The notes: a model not told the origin generated them from the letters alone. A DNA stretch of 64,000 nucleotides from an uncultured Oscillospiraceae bacterium (GCA_934646115.1 CAKUEM010000004.1:9891-73890); one strand, 5' to 3'; shown: positions 17,521 through 27,590, counted from the first letter of the stretch. Numbers and translations are program-made.

Positions 17521-18567
17521 TTATGCCACACTTTTATATATTTTGTCAAATGCTGTCGAAATCATATGGTCGATAAAGATGCCGTAGCCCTTCTGCGGGT
17601 CGTTGACCAGAACGTGCGTCACCGCGCCGACAAGCTTTCCGTTTTGAAGGATCGGCGAGCCGCTCATGCCCTGCACGATGCCGCCCGTTTTTGCGATCAG
17701 GCGCTCATCGGTGACGCGGATGAGCATATTTTTGGTTTCGCCAGACTCTTCTGGATAAATTTTTGTAATTTCAATTTGATATTCTTCCACATGGTCGCCC
17801 TCGATATTGGACAAAATAACGGCAGGACCGGTCTTTATTTCATTTCGCGCGGCGATCGGAACGGCGCTTTTTTCAAACTGCGGAAGCGCCGCCTCTGTTT
17901 GACCAAAAATTCCGCTTTCCGTGTTGGCGGAAAGCGTGCCGTAGTCCTCGCGCAGGTTATAATCGCCCACCAGCTCGCCCGGTGCGCCCGCCGCGCCCTT
18001 CTTCACATCCGTCACGCGCGATTCCATCACAGACCCATGCCCGAACGGGATGAGCAGGTTGGAATCCGTATCGCACACGCCGTGCCCCAGCGCGCCGAAA
18101 ATGTGATGCTCCGGGTCATAGAACGTGATTGTTCCGATGCCGGCCATGCTGTCGCGGATCCAAAGCCCGAGCTTGCAGTCGCCCTGCGTATCACGCACCG
18201 GGGAAACCGTAACGCTGCGTTCCTTCTGCTCGTGCAGCACGGTGAGAACAAGCGGCTTTTCGCCGTTTTTGAGCAGGCATTCGCGAAAATTTTCGTTGCT
18301 TTGCACCGGGGTATCATTGATTTTTGTAATCACGTCGCCCGGCGCAATGCCGGCGTCGGCAGCGGGGCTTTTCTGCCCTTGCCCGGTCTCGATCGGCGTG
18401 ACTCCCGCCACGACAACGCCGGAGGAATAAAGCTTGATCCCGGTCGTGTGACCGATCGGAACGACCTGCTTGATGTCAGAGGCTTGCAGCGCAAGTGCAG
18501 GCGTGCTGACGCCTGCGAAAAAAAGAATTGCGAGAAAAAGGGAGATTCCTTTGTTTCTTTTTAGCAT
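17521..18567 (-). CDS. spoIVB: stage IV sporulation protein B, SpoIVB peptidase (S55) with PDZ domain
   Basis: Signal/anchor MLKRNKGISLFLAILFFAGV, PDZ segment GIAPGDVITKIND, catalytic contexts GALGHGV and GMSGSPI. Start at ATG 18567 behind aaggagtg. It lies directly upstream of spo0A, as in Bacillus. Confidence 0.9.
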   Translation of the reverse strand: MLKRNKGISLFLAILFFAGVSTPALALQASDIKQVVPIGHTTGIKLYSSGVVVAGVTPIETGQGQKSPAADAGIAPGDVITKINDTPVQSNENFRECLLKNGEKPLVLTVLHEQKERSVTVSPVRDTQGDCKLGLWIRDSMAGIGTITFYDPEHHIFGALGHGVCDTDSNLLIPFGHGSVMESRVTDVKKGAAGAPGELVGDYNLREDYGTLSANTESGIFGQTEAALPQFEKSAVPIAARNEIKTGPAVILSNIEGDHVEEYQIEITKIYPEESGETKNMLIRVTDERLIAKTGGIVQGMSGSPILQNGKLVGAVTHVLVNDPQKGYGIFIDHMISTAFDKIYKSVA

Positions 18568-18794
18568 GCGATCACTCCTTTCTGAATCGCCCGCTTTTAC
18601 TATGCGCAATGCGCGGCGAATTAGTGACGCCCGGATGTGACAAATGCTGACTTCGCTTCCTATGCAAGCAGTATAGCGCCGCGCCGGCGCTGGCTGCGAA
18701 GTTTATACATGAGATTTTTGCGCCGCATGCCGCAGATTTCCAATTTTTAGAGGGGGTTTCAGGAAACGCTTTTGCGCGCATCGCGGCAAATAAA

Positions 18795-18829
18795 GCAAAA
18801 AGCGGAGAGGGGAAATTTCCCTCTCCGCT
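18795..18829 (-). terminator. rho-independent terminator downstream of the rubredoxin gene
   Basis: An 11-bp stem agcggagaggg / cccucuccgcu followed by UUUUGCUUUAUUU on the minus strand. Confidence 0.8.
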
Positions 18830-18841
18830 TTGGCTTCAAAG

Positions 18842-19000
18842 CTATGATTCTGCGGGATAAAACGCATCCTTGCCCAGGCCGCAGGTCGGGCAGAGCCAAT
18901 CCTCGGGCACATCCTCCCAGGCTGTACCGGGCGCAACGCCGTTTTCCGGATCGCCCAGAGCGGGGTCATACACATAGCCGCAGGGGCATTCATATTTCAT
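18842..19000 (-). CDS. rubredoxin (52 aa; not in the supplied ORF track)
   Basis: Minus-strand translation from ATG 19000: [52 protein letters not shown], stop TAG at 18842-18844, RBS gaggtg upstream. The track ORF 18703..18993 is the wrong frame. Confidence 0.85.
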   Translation of the reverse strand: MKYECPCGYVYDPALGDPENGVAPGTAWEDVPEDWLCPTCGLGKDAFYPAES

Positions 19001-19016
19001 CAGTCACACCTCTTTC

Positions 19017-19565
19017 TTATTTGCCGAAATAGCGCGCAAGCAGCCCTTCAAAGCCGCGACCGTGGCGCGCCTCGTCCTTTGCCATTTCATGCACGGTATC
19101 ATGGATCGCGTCTAAATTCAGCGCCTTGGCGCGCTTTGCGAGCTGAAGCTTGCCATCGCATGCGCCGTTCTCCGCCGCCGCGCGCAGCTCCAGATTTTTT
19201 TTGGTCGAATCGGTCACGACCTCGCCCAAAAGCTCTGCAAATTTCGCGGCATGCTCTGCCTCCTCAAATGCATAGCGCTTATACGCCTCGGCGATCTCCG
19301 GATAGCCCTCGCGGTCCGCAACGCGGCTCATCGCAAGATACATGCCGACTTCGGTGCACTCGCCGTTAAAGTTCATGCGCAGACCCTCGAGGATCTCCTC
19401 GTCAACGCCCTGCGCAACGCCTACGCGATGCTCATCGGCATACACGGTCGCGCCTGCCGCCTGCTCCACGAATTTGGAAGCCGGCGCGTTGCACAGCGGG
19501 CAGGAAGCGGGCGGCTCGTTGCCCTCATGGACATAACCACATACGGAACATACAAACTTTTTCAT
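19017..19565 (-). CDS. reverse rubrerythrin (N-terminal rubredoxin-like domain, C-terminal ferritin-like diiron domain)
   Basis: 182 aa, [23 protein letters not shown] followed by ExxH diiron motifs ([20 protein letters not shown]). Confidence 0.88.
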   Translation of the reverse strand: MKKFVCSVCGYVHEGNEPPASCPLCNAPASKFVEQAAGATVYADEHRVGVAQGVDEEILEGLRMNFNGECTEVGMYLAMSRVADREGYPEIAEAYKRYAFEEAEHAAKFAELLGEVVTDSTKKNLELRAAAENGACDGKLQLAKRAKALNLDAIHDTVHEMAKDEARHGRGFEGLLARYFGK

Positions 19566-19585
19566 AATAAATTTCCTCCTAAAAA

Positions 19586-19981
19586 TTATTTTTTATCCTT
19601 ACAGTTCGCGCAGCGCCCCCAAAAGGTGATGTCATAATGCTCGGCCGATACGCTGTACTGCTCGTTAACTTCCTGACACATCGTGCCGCCCGCCGCGGCC
19701 ACATCGACGTCGATCACCGCGTGACACACGCGGCATACAAAATGCGGGTGCGGGGCAACCGTCCCGTCTAACCGCTCATGCCCATCCACCACGCCGACGG
19801 AGATGGCAAGTCCGTCCTCCTTGAGCTGCGCAAGGTTTCGATAAACCGTTGCCAGGCTCAGGTTCGGATAGGTCTCCCGCGCCTTTTCGCACACCCACTC
19901 GGCGGTCGGGTGCGTTTTGGTGGAGCGAAGCGCCTGTAAAATCGCCTCGCGTTTACAGCTGAAATTTCGTTTTGTAATCAT
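19586..19981 (-). CDS. perR: Fur-family peroxide-stress regulator (PerR-like)
   Basis: 131 aa with a winged helix ([10 protein letters not shown]), HPHF, and two CxxC pairs ([15 protein letters not shown]). First gene of an operon with the rubrerythrin and rubredoxin genes. Confidence 0.8.
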   Translation of the reverse strand: MITKRNFSCKREAILQALRSTKTHPTAEWVCEKARETYPNLSLATVYRNLAQLKEDGLAISVGVVDGHERLDGTVAPHPHFVCRVCHAVIDVDVAAAGGTMCQEVNEQYSVSAEHYDITFWGRCANCKDKK

Positions 19982-19996
19982 GTGCTTTCTCCAAAA

Positions 19997-20011
19997 ATAG
20001 TAATCATTCCT
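19997..20011. promoter_or_regulatory. candidate PerR/Fur box overlapping the perR promoter
   Basis: atagtaatcattcct is an imperfect 7-1-7 inverted repeat resembling TTATAATnATTATAA. It lies between a CATAAT -10 (20021-20026, minus strand) and the perR start. Confidence 0.35.
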
Positions 20012-20254
20012 GATTTCGAGATTATGATACCACCGTTCCGCCGCGCTGTCAAGTGTTTTTTTTAAAAAATTTTTTTGGCGCGCCGAAAGTGCGGAAAAAA
20101 CGCAAGAAAAGTATGGGAATCGCGGCGCGGTTGTGTTATAATAAATTAAAAAGAATGTGCTGCTGATAAAAAATGCCCGCAGGGCGGGATATCACATAGA
20201 ACAAAGCGGAACCAATGCCGTGGTGTGCCGCGGTGTAGAGGACGGTGGGGACAG

Positions 20255-22393
20255 ATGTCAAAAAAGAAAAAACCATGGAATCACGAGGATTTGATTTCTC
20301 AGGACATGGAGGAGGACCTTCAGCTGGAGGATTTTACGCTGGAGGACGTGCTGGCTGAGTTTGGCGAAAAGCGCAAGCCGCTGCAGGCGATCGCCGCGGA
20401 GGAGTTTGACCTCGGCGCGTTTGAGACGCTTTATGAGGAAAGGAATGCGGAAGCGCCAAAGGCGACCGCGAAGCCTGCGGAAGAAAAGAAGAGGGCCCCG
20501 GCGCAAAAAAGCGAGCAGGCGCCGCCCAAAGCGTCCGTCAGGCAGGAGGAGGCTGCGCGCCCCGCGCCGAAGCCTGCAATAGCAAAGCAGGACGAGGAAA
20601 CGCCGCGGACCGTGCACGCAGTGTCCGCCAAACAGCAGGAGAATGCGCCGCACCATACCGCGCGCTTAGACGAGACGTTGCGCCTCAATGAGTTTTTTGA
20701 GAGCGAGGAGGATTATGACGAGCCGATCGAGGAAGAGGAATATGAGCCGGAGCAGCCGGGCGCCTATGTCAAGCGAAACGCGCTGCATGTGCGAAATATG
20801 GCGATCCGCTCTGTGTTTGCGTTTCTGCTCTGCCTGCCTGCCTGCTATTTGACATTTGCGCAGAATCTCGGAATCCCCGTTCCGGGCTTTATTTCCTGGG
20901 CGGAGCATCCGTTTCGCTTTTTGCTGCTTCTTGCTGGGCTGCAGCTGATCGCGGTTGCGCTGCATCTGCGCATGATCGCGCGCGGGCTGAAAAATCTGTT
21001 TTGCTTCCGCGCGGATCTGTTTTCTGTGCTCAGCGCCTCCACAGTCGCCACGCTGCTGCACGCGGGCTATATGATGCTTGTGCGTGATGCGCGGCACACG
21101 CCGCCGTATTGCGCGGTCAATATCGTGCTGCTGTTTTTCGCGGGGCTTGGGCTGTATCTGCGCGATTCCGCGCGCCTGCGCGCCTGCAAAACGGCAAGCA
21201 GCTCGAAAGAGCCGCTCGGCGTGTTCATCTCTGAGTGTGACACGCGGATCAATTTGATCAAGCACCCGGTCAGCGAGACCGAGCCGTTTACAAAATACGT
21301 GCAAATGCCGGACGGCGCCGAGCGGTTTTGGAGCTATCTTGCGCCCATCCTTCTGATCGGCGCGCTGGTTTTTGCGGGCATCTCGTCCTTCGGGCGGCAC
21401 GATGCGGGGCGCTTTTTCTGGGCATTTTCTGCGATTTTATCCGTGTCTGCGCCGTTTTTCCTGCTGCTTTGCTATCCGCTTCCGTTTTCAAAAATCACGC
21501 GGCGGCTCTCACAGCTGGGCGCGGCGCTTGCCGGGTGGTATGCGGCGTTCTCGCTCTCCGGCGAGCGGAATTTGATCATCCGCGATGTGGATCTGTTCCC
21601 GAAGGGGAGCATTACGCTGCACGGGCTGAAGGTGTTTAATAATCATTCTCTGGAAAAGTCGGTCAGCTATACGACCAGTATTTTAAATGAGTCGAAAAGC
21701 GGGCTTGCCCCGGTGTTTGCCGAGCTTTTGAAAAGCCAATACGGTAAGTGCGAGCGCGTGTATCACCTGCTGCATCACGAGTCCGGCGGGATGGAGGCGG
21801 ACGTCTGCGGCGACCATGTTCTGCTTGGCACGGCGGCATTTCTGCTGCGCATGGGCGTGCGTATTCCCGAGCAGGCAAACGCGAAAAGCGCGATGTATCT
21901 CGCGGTGAACGGCTCGCTTGCGGCGCTGTTTAATTTGCAGTATAAATTACCGAATGACGTGCGGCTCAGCCTGGAAAACGTGGTGCGCAGCCGGGTGAAA
22001 CCGGTCATGGCGACGATCGATTGCAACCAGAACCCGATCATGATCGAGCATGCGCTGCGCGTGCGTGCCGGCGCGATCGAATATCCGCATATCGAAGAGC
22101 GGCTGGCGCTCGCTGCGGACGATCAGTTTTTGGAATATGACCCGAGCGCGATGATCGCGCGCGCAGGGCTTACCCCGTTTGCAAGCGCGGTGCTCGGTGC
22201 GCGCCGCCTGCGCCGGGTCACGATCCGCAACGTGGTGCTGTCCACGGTATGCGCGGTGATCGGGATGCTTTTGATGTTTTATATCACGTTCGCCGGAAGC
22301 TATGAATCGGGCGCGGCGTATAATGTGCTGCTTTACCAGCTGCTGTGGACGCTTCCGGTCTGGCTGCTGTCCATGCGCAGCGGCGCAAATTAA
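20255..22393 (+). CDS. multi-pass membrane protein with a P-type-ATPase-like layout, degenerate catalytic motifs and a ~190-aa charged low-complexity N-terminus
   Basis: 712 aa from ATG 20255. Acidic/Lys/Pro-rich N-terminus, about 6-8 TM segments, CYPLP where CPC is expected (21470-21484), RDVDLFPKGSITLHG where DKTGT is expected (21581-21622), TIDCN where TGD is expected. No GDGxND. Confidence 0.6.
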   Translation: MSKKKKPWNHEDLISQDMEEDLQLEDFTLEDVLAEFGEKRKPLQAIAAEEFDLGAFETLYEERNAEAPKATAKPAEEKKRAPAQKSEQAPPKASVRQEEAARPAPKPAIAKQDEETPRTVHAVSAKQQENAPHHTARLDETLRLNEFFESEEDYDEPIEEEEYEPEQPGAYVKRNALHVRNMAIRSVFAFLLCLPACYLTFAQNLGIPVPGFISWAEHPFRFLLLLAGLQLIAVALHLRMIARGLKNLFCFRADLFSVLSASTVATLLHAGYMMLVRDARHTPPYCAVNIVLLFFAGLGLYLRDSARLRACKTASSSKEPLGVFISECDTRINLIKHPVSETEPFTKYVQMPDGAERFWSYLAPILLIGALVFAGISSFGRHDAGRFFWAFSAILSVSAPFFLLLCYPLPFSKITRRLSQLGAALAGWYAAFSLSGERNLIIRDVDLFPKGSITLHGLKVFNNHSLEKSVSYTTSILNESKSGLAPVFAELLKSQYGKCERVYHLLHHESGGMEADVCGDHVLLGTAAFLLRMGVRIPEQANAKSAMYLAVNGSLAALFNLQYKLPNDVRLSLENVVRSRVKPVMATIDCNQNPIMIEHALRVRAGAIEYPHIEERLALAADDQFLEYDPSAMIARAGLTPFASAVLGARRLRRVTIRNVVLSTVCAVIGMLLMFYITFAGSYESGAAYNVLLYQLLWTLPVWLLSMRSGAN

Positions 22394-22410
22394 GAAAGGA
22401 ACTTTTGCGG

Positions 22411-23298
22411 ATGAATATTAAAAAATCCGGCATGGTCGCGATCGTAGGGCGGCCGAATGTGGGAAAATCTACGCTGATCAACGCGCTTGCGGGCGAGAAG
22501 GTCGCGATCGTTTCCAATAAGCCGCAGACCACGCGCAACCGCATCTGCGGCGTGGTCAACCGCGATGACACGCAGTTTGTATTTATGGATACGCCGGGGC
22601 TGCATAAGCCGAAGAGCCAGCTCGGCGAATTTATGGTGCGCGTTGTGCGCGAATCGGTCGCGGATGTGGACGCGGCGCTTATGCTGGTCGCCCCGGTCGC
22701 AAAGCTCGGCGCGCCGGAGGAGGCGCTGCTCGCGCGCTTGGCGCAGGCGAAGATCCCGGTCGTGCTTGTGATCAATAAGATCGACACGGTCGCGCCGGAG
22801 GCGATTTTCCCCGTGATCGAGCTGTATCGCAGCCGCTTTTCGTTTCAGGCGATCATTCCGGTCTCGGCAAAAACCGGCGACGGAGTTTCGCTGATTTTAG
22901 ATGAGCTGTCGCCGCTGATCCCGGAGGGACCGCAGCTGTTTCCGGAGGACATGGTCTCTGACCAGCCGGAGCGGCAGATGATCGCAGAGATCATCCGCGA
23001 GAAGATGCTGCTTCTGCTTGACCGCGAGGTGCCGCATGGCGTTGCGGTTGAGATCACGCAGTTTTCCGAGCGGGAGAATGGGATCATCGACGTGGGCGCA
23101 ACGATTTTTTGCGAAAAAGAGAGCCATAAGGGCATTATTATCGGAAAGCGCGGCGCGATGCTGAAAAAGATCGGCGCGTCGGCGCGCGAGGAGATCGAGC
23201 GCTTTATGGGGACGCGCGTCTATCTGGAGACCTGGGTCAAGGTCAAAGAAAACTGGCGCGATAACAATGCGATGATCCGCAATTTCGGCTATGAATAA
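22411..23298 (+). CDS. era: GTPase Era
   Basis: MNIKKSGMVAIVGRPNVGKSTL..DTPG..NKID.. plus a KH domain (KGIIIGKRGAMLKKIG). ATG 22411. Confidence 0.95.
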   Translation: MNIKKSGMVAIVGRPNVGKSTLINALAGEKVAIVSNKPQTTRNRICGVVNRDDTQFVFMDTPGLHKPKSQLGEFMVRVVRESVADVDAALMLVAPVAKLGAPEEALLARLAQAKIPVVLVINKIDTVAPEAIFPVIELYRSRFSFQAIIPVSAKTGDGVSLILDELSPLIPEGPQLFPEDMVSDQPERQMIAEIIREKMLLLLDREVPHGVAVEITQFSERENGIIDVGATIFCEKESHKGIIIGKRGAMLKKIGASAREEIERFMGTRVYLETWVKVKENWRDNNAMIRNFGYE

Positions 23299-23309
23299 GG
23301 TGTGAGACG

Positions 23310-24047
23310 ATGCATCGTGTGGAAAAGGGGCTCGTTTTGCGCGTTGCGCCCTATCGCGACGCGGACGAGATGCTCACGATATTGACAGAATGCGATGGAA
23401 AAATCACGGCTGCGGCGCGCGGAGTCCGGCGCAAGAGCAGCCGTATTTCCGCTGCGGTGCAAAGCCTTGCGTATTCCGAATTTACGCTGTATGAAGCGGG
23501 CGGGCGCTTTACCGTGAACGAGGCGGAGGCGCTGGAGCTGTTTTTTTCCTTGCGGGGCGACCTGGTGCGGCTCGCCTGCGCGAATTATTTTGCCGAGGTG
23601 CTTGACCAGGCGGCGGACGAGGAGGTCGCCAATCCGGAGCTGCTGCGCCTGGGGCTCAACGCGCTGTACGCGCTGTCGCGCGGGGTGGGCGAGCTTTTGG
23701 CGATCAAGGCGGCGTTTGAGCTGAAAATCGCGGCGTTTTCGGGCTATATGCCCAATCTTGCAAGCTGTGCGCAGTGCGGCGCGCCGCTGCAGGAGGGCGT
23801 GTTTGACCCACGGCTTGGTCTTTGCTTTTGCAGGGCTTGCGCGCATGGCGGCGTGCCGGTCACGCCGGGCGTGCTGCAGGCGATGCAGTTTATTTTAAAA
23901 AGCGATGTGCGCCGCATGTTTGCGTTCCGCCTGGGCAAGGAGGGGCTGCGCGCGCTCGCCGACATTTGCGAAATGTATCTTGCGCAGCAATTTGACAGGG
24001 AATTTAAAACACTGACGTTTTATCATAGTATTGAGGGACTGATATGA
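23310..24047 (+). CDS. recO: DNA repair protein RecO
   Basis: 245 aa with an OB-fold N-terminus (GLVLRVAPYRDADEMLTILT) and a Zn-finger (CAQCG...CFCRAC). Classical era-recO order. Confidence 0.9.
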   Translation: MHRVEKGLVLRVAPYRDADEMLTILTECDGKITAAARGVRRKSSRISAAVQSLAYSEFTLYEAGGRFTVNEAEALELFFSLRGDLVRLACANYFAEVLDQAADEEVANPELLRLGLNALYALSRGVGELLAIKAAFELKIAAFSGYMPNLASCAQCGAPLQEGVFDPRLGLCFCRACAHGGVPVTPGVLQAMQFILKSDVRRMFAFRLGKEGLRALADICEMYLAQQFDREFKTLTFYHSIEGLI

Positions 24048-26437
24048 AAGATTTTGATCAAAAATCATTGCAGATATTAGAGCTGCCGCTTGTGTTAGAG
24101 CAGCTGGCGAAATGCGCGGTGTCTGAGGCGGCGAAACTGCGCGCCCGCGCGCTCACGCCGTTTACGCATGAGGAGGATGTGCGGCGCGCCCTGCGCGAGA
24201 CCAGCGACGCCAAGGCGCTTTCCGGTCTGCGCGGCGCGCCGCCGTTTGCGGGCATTCGCGATGTTTCAGCGTCGCTCACGCGCGCGGGGCGCGGCGGAAG
24301 CTTAAATTGCAAAGAGCTTTTGGATGTCGCCATGCTGCTGAAAACCGCGCGGATGGTGCGCGGATATCGCGGCGACGATGCACAGCAGAAAACCAGCTTA
24401 GACGGGCTGTTTTCCGCGCTCAGCGCCAATAAATTTTTAGAGGATGCGATCACGGGCGCGATCCTCAGCGAGGAGGAGATCGCAGACGGCGCGTCGCCCG
24501 CGCTGTCAGATATTCGCCGGAAAATGCGCGCCGCCAACGCGAAAATTCGCGACGTGCTGCAGCGCATGATCTCAAGCCCCACGCAGTCGAAGCTGCTGCA
24601 GGAGCCGATCATTACGCAGCGCGGCGGGCGCTATGTCGTGCCGGTAAAAAGCGAGCATAAGGCCGATGTCGGCGGGCTGGTGCATGACATTTCCTCCTCG
24701 GGGGCAACGCTGTTTATCGAGCCGATGCCGGTCGTTGCGCTCAATAATGACCTGCGCGAGCTGGAGGCGAAGGAGAAAAAGGAGATCGAGCGGATCTTGA
24801 TGGAGCTGTCCGCCTCGGTCGCCGATTTTACCGAGACGATCGCGCGTGATTATGACCTTCTGGTCAATCTGGACTTTATTTTTGCAAAGGCAAAGCTTTC
24901 CTATGACTGGAATGCGGACGCGCCGGAGGTCAATACCTGCGGGCAGGTGTCGCTGCGCCGCGCGCGCCATCCGCTATTGGATGCGAAAAAGACCGTGCCG
25001 GTCAGCATCCGGCTCGGGCTTGATTTTGATACGCTGATCATCACCGGCCCGAACACGGGCGGCAAAACCGTTGCGCTGAAAACGATCGGGCTGCTCAATA
25101 TCATGGCGCAGTGCGGGCTGCATATCCCGTGCGATTCCGGCAGCTGCGTGTCGGTATTTGGGCATGTGTTTGCGGATATTGGCGATGAGCAGAGCATTGA
25201 GCAGTCGCTCTCTACATTTTCGTCGCACATGACAAATATCGTGGGCATTTTGCAGCAGGCGGACGATGCGTCGCTCATTTTGTTTGACGAGCTTGGCGCG
25301 GGGACGGATCCGGTCGAGGGCGCGGCGCTTGCGGTCTCGATCATTCAGTATGCGCGCGCGCTCGGCGCGAAGGTCGCCGCGACCACGCATTATACTGAGC
25401 TGAAGACCTTTGCGCTGACGACAAATCGCGTGGAAAACGCGAGCTGTGAATTTGATGTGGAAACGCTGCGCCCAACGTATAAGCTGCTGATCGGCGTGCC
25501 GGGAAAGAGCAACGCGTTTGCGATCTCCAAGCGTCTGGGTCTGCCGGAGCATATTATCGACGATGCGCGCGGGCTGATCGATAGTGAGGATCAGCGCTTT
25601 GATGAGATCCTCGCAAAGCTTGAGGAGAAAAACACCCGCCTGGAGGAAGAACTGCGCGGGGCAGAGCGCGCCCGCCGCGAGGCGGAGGAGCTGCGCCGCC
25701 GTGCGGAGGAATTTGACGCCACGATCGAGAAGGACCGCGACCGCGCACTGGAGCGCGCAAAGGCAGAGGCGGAGCGGCTGATCGCCTCCGCGCGCGACAC
25801 GGCGGACCAGGTGTTTGAAGAGCTGGATTCGATCCGCAAAAAGCGCCGCCGCGAGGAGAATTATCAGCAGGTCAACGATGCGCGCGCCGCACTGCGCCGC
25901 AGCCTGAACGAGGCGGAAGGGAAGCTCGATGCGATCGGGAAGAAAAAGCAGAAGCCCAAGGCAGAGCCGATGAAGCGTCCGCTGAAAATCGGCGATACGG
26001 TGGAGCTTATTTCGCTGGGCACGCGCGCGACCGTGCTCACCCTGCCGGATAAAAACGGCAATTTGCAGGTGCAGGCGGGGATCATGAAAGTAAATGTCAA
26101 GCTGCGCGAGCTGCGCCTTGTGGAGGAGAGCGGCGATAAAACCGTGCGCGATTTCGTGGCGAAAAAGCAGGCGGAGCTGCGCAATATTCAGGTCAGCCCG
26201 GAGATCGACCTGCGCGGCATGATGCCCGAGGAGGCGGAGAGCGTGCTTGAGCGCTATATCGACACGGCGTTTCTCGCGAAGCTCAACACGGTCACGGTGA
26301 TCCACGGCAAGGGCACGGGCGTTTTGCGCCGCACCGTGCAGGAGCATTTAAAGCATAACCGGCAGGTAAAAAGCTTCCGGCTCGGCGTGTATGGCGAGGG
26401 CGAAAACGGCGTGACTGTGGTGGAATTGCGGCAATAG
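24044..26437 (+). CDS. mutS2: endonuclease MutS2 (MutS domain V ATPase plus C-terminal Smr)
   Basis: 797 aa, GPNTGGKT, DELGAGTDP, a charged coiled coil, and an Smr tail (IDLRGM...VIHGKGTGVLR). The ATGA junction overlaps the recO stop. Confidence 0.94.
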   Translation: MKDFDQKSLQILELPLVLEQLAKCAVSEAAKLRARALTPFTHEEDVRRALRETSDAKALSGLRGAPPFAGIRDVSASLTRAGRGGSLNCKELLDVAMLLKTARMVRGYRGDDAQQKTSLDGLFSALSANKFLEDAITGAILSEEEIADGASPALSDIRRKMRAANAKIRDVLQRMISSPTQSKLLQEPIITQRGGRYVVPVKSEHKADVGGLVHDISSSGATLFIEPMPVVALNNDLRELEAKEKKEIERILMELSASVADFTETIARDYDLLVNLDFIFAKAKLSYDWNADAPEVNTCGQVSLRRARHPLLDAKKTVPVSIRLGLDFDTLIITGPNTGGKTVALKTIGLLNIMAQCGLHIPCDSGSCVSVFGHVFADIGDEQSIEQSLSTFSSHMTNIVGILQQADDASLILFDELGAGTDPVEGAALAVSIIQYARALGAKVAATTHYTELKTFALTTNRVENASCEFDVETLRPTYKLLIGVPGKSNAFAISKRLGLPEHIIDDARGLIDSEDQRFDEILAKLEEKNTRLEEELRGAERARREAEELRRRAEEFDATIEKDRDRALERAKAEAERLIASARDTADQVFEELDSIRKKRRREENYQQVNDARAALRRSLNEAEGKLDAIGKKKQKPKAEPMKRPLKIGDTVELISLGTRATVLTLPDKNGNLQVQAGIMKVNVKLRELRLVEESGDKTVRDFVAKKQAELRNIQVSPEIDLRGMMPEEAESVLERYIDTAFLAKLNTVTVIHGKGTGVLRRTVQEHLKHNRQVKSFRLGVYGEGENGVTVVELRQ

Positions 26438-26507
26438 GCGCAAAATGTTCTTTTAAAATCGCGCGCAATGTGTTAAAATGTGTTTACTTATATAATACGA
26501 GGAAGGA

Positions 26508-27590
26508 TTGGTTCATGCTATGCTGGAAAAGCTGGCTTTATTGGAGGAGAAATTTCATGCGCTTGAGCAGCAGCTTGCTGACCCTGCGCTGTATAACGAC
26601 CCGCAGGCGGCGGCGAAGCTGCTCAAAGAGCAGAAGGAGCTTTCGCCGATTGTAGACGCGTATCGTGCCTACCGCCGGGCGGAGGAGGATATGAACGCCG
26701 CGCGCGAGATGTTAGACGGCAAGCTCGATCCGGAGATGCGCGAGTTTGCGCAGGAGGAGTTTTCCGCCGCGAAGGATACGCTGGCGCAGCTTGAGCAGGA
26801 GCTGAAGATCCTTCTGCTGCCGACAGACCCGAACGATGATAAAAACGTCATTGTTGAGATCCGCGGCGGCGCGGGCGGCGAGGAGGCGGCGCTGTTTGCG
26901 CATTCGCTCTATCGCATGTACAGCATGTATGCCGAGGCGCGCCGCTGGAAGACCGAGATCGTGAATTTAAACGAGACCGAGCTTGGCGGCGTGAAGGAGA
27001 TCAGCTTTGTCATCGAGGGCGCGGGCGCATATTCGCGTCTGAAATTTGAAAGCGGCGTGCATCGCGTGCAGCGCGTGCCGGATACGGAATCATCCGGGAG
27101 AATTCATACCTCAACGGTCACGGTCGCGGTCCTGCCGGAGGCTGAGGATGTTGAGGTGGATTTCAATATGACAGATGTTGATGTGGATACGTTCCGCGCT
27201 TCCGGCGCGGGCGGGCAGCACGTCAATAAAACGGAAAGCGCGATCCGCCTGACCCACCGCCCGACCGGGATCGTTGTGGAATGCCAGGACGAGCGCAGCC
27301 AGCATAAAAATAAGGACCGCGCGATCAAAATTTTAAAATCCAAGCTGTATGATATTCAGATGCAGGAGCAGATGTCGCAAATCGCGGCGGAGCGCAAAAG
27401 CCAGGTGGGAACGGGCGACCGCAGCGAGCGGATCAGGACGTATAATTATCCCCAGGGCCGCGTGACCGATCACCGCATCGGGCTGACGCTTTATAAATTA
27501 GAACAGTTTTTAAACGGAGATCTAGACGAGATGATCGACGCGATCATCACGGCGGATCAGGCGGAGAAGCTGCGGGCAAGCGAGGAATAG
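26508..27590 (+). CDS. prfA: peptide chain release factor 1
   Basis: GGQ motif [14 protein letters not shown] and the RF1-type recognition loop [10 protein letters not shown]. The start is either TTG 26508 or ATG 26520. Confidence 0.94.
   Translation: MVHAMLEKLALLEEKFHALEQQLADPALYNDPQAAAKLLKEQKELSPIVDAYRAYRRAEEDMNAAREMLDGKLDPEMREFAQEEFSAAKDTLAQLEQELKILLLPTDPNDDKNVIVEIRGGAGGEEAALFAHSLYRMYSMYAEARRWKTEIVNLNETELGGVKEISFVIEGAGAYSRLKFESGVHRVQRVPDTESSGRIHTSTVTVAVLPEAEDVEVDFNMTDVDVDTFRASGAGGQHVNKTESAIRLTHRPTGIVVECQDERSQHKNKDRAIKILKSKLYDIQMQEQMSQIAAERKSQVGTGDRSERIRTYNYPQGRVTDHRIGLTLYKLEQFLNGDLDEMIDAIITADQAEKLRASEE

Noticed and set aside
17554-17560. A TGTCGAA (0A-box) heptamer upstream of spo0A, and possible sigma-H/sigma-A promoter elements in 17233-17520.
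   Set aside because: It is a single 7-mer inside the spoIVB coding end, which is compatible with chance. I could not find a convincing sigma-H -35/-10 pair by eye, so no feature is reported.
18703-18993. Track ORF 18703..18993 (-), 96 aa.
   Set aside because: It overlaps the rubredoxin gene in the wrong frame and reads through its terminator. The 52-aa rubredoxin frame explains the region.
24974-26347. Very long antisense ORFs in the track. Examples: 24974..26347 (457 aa), 48978..50252 (424 aa), 56241..57452 (403 aa), 55052..56047, 9745..10629, 17320..18564, 2900..4018, 20666..21400.
   Set aside because: All lie opposite genes with clear family identity. They are Arg/Ala/His-rich with no motifs and have no RBS. 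They are the shadow ORFs expected in GC-rich coding DNA.
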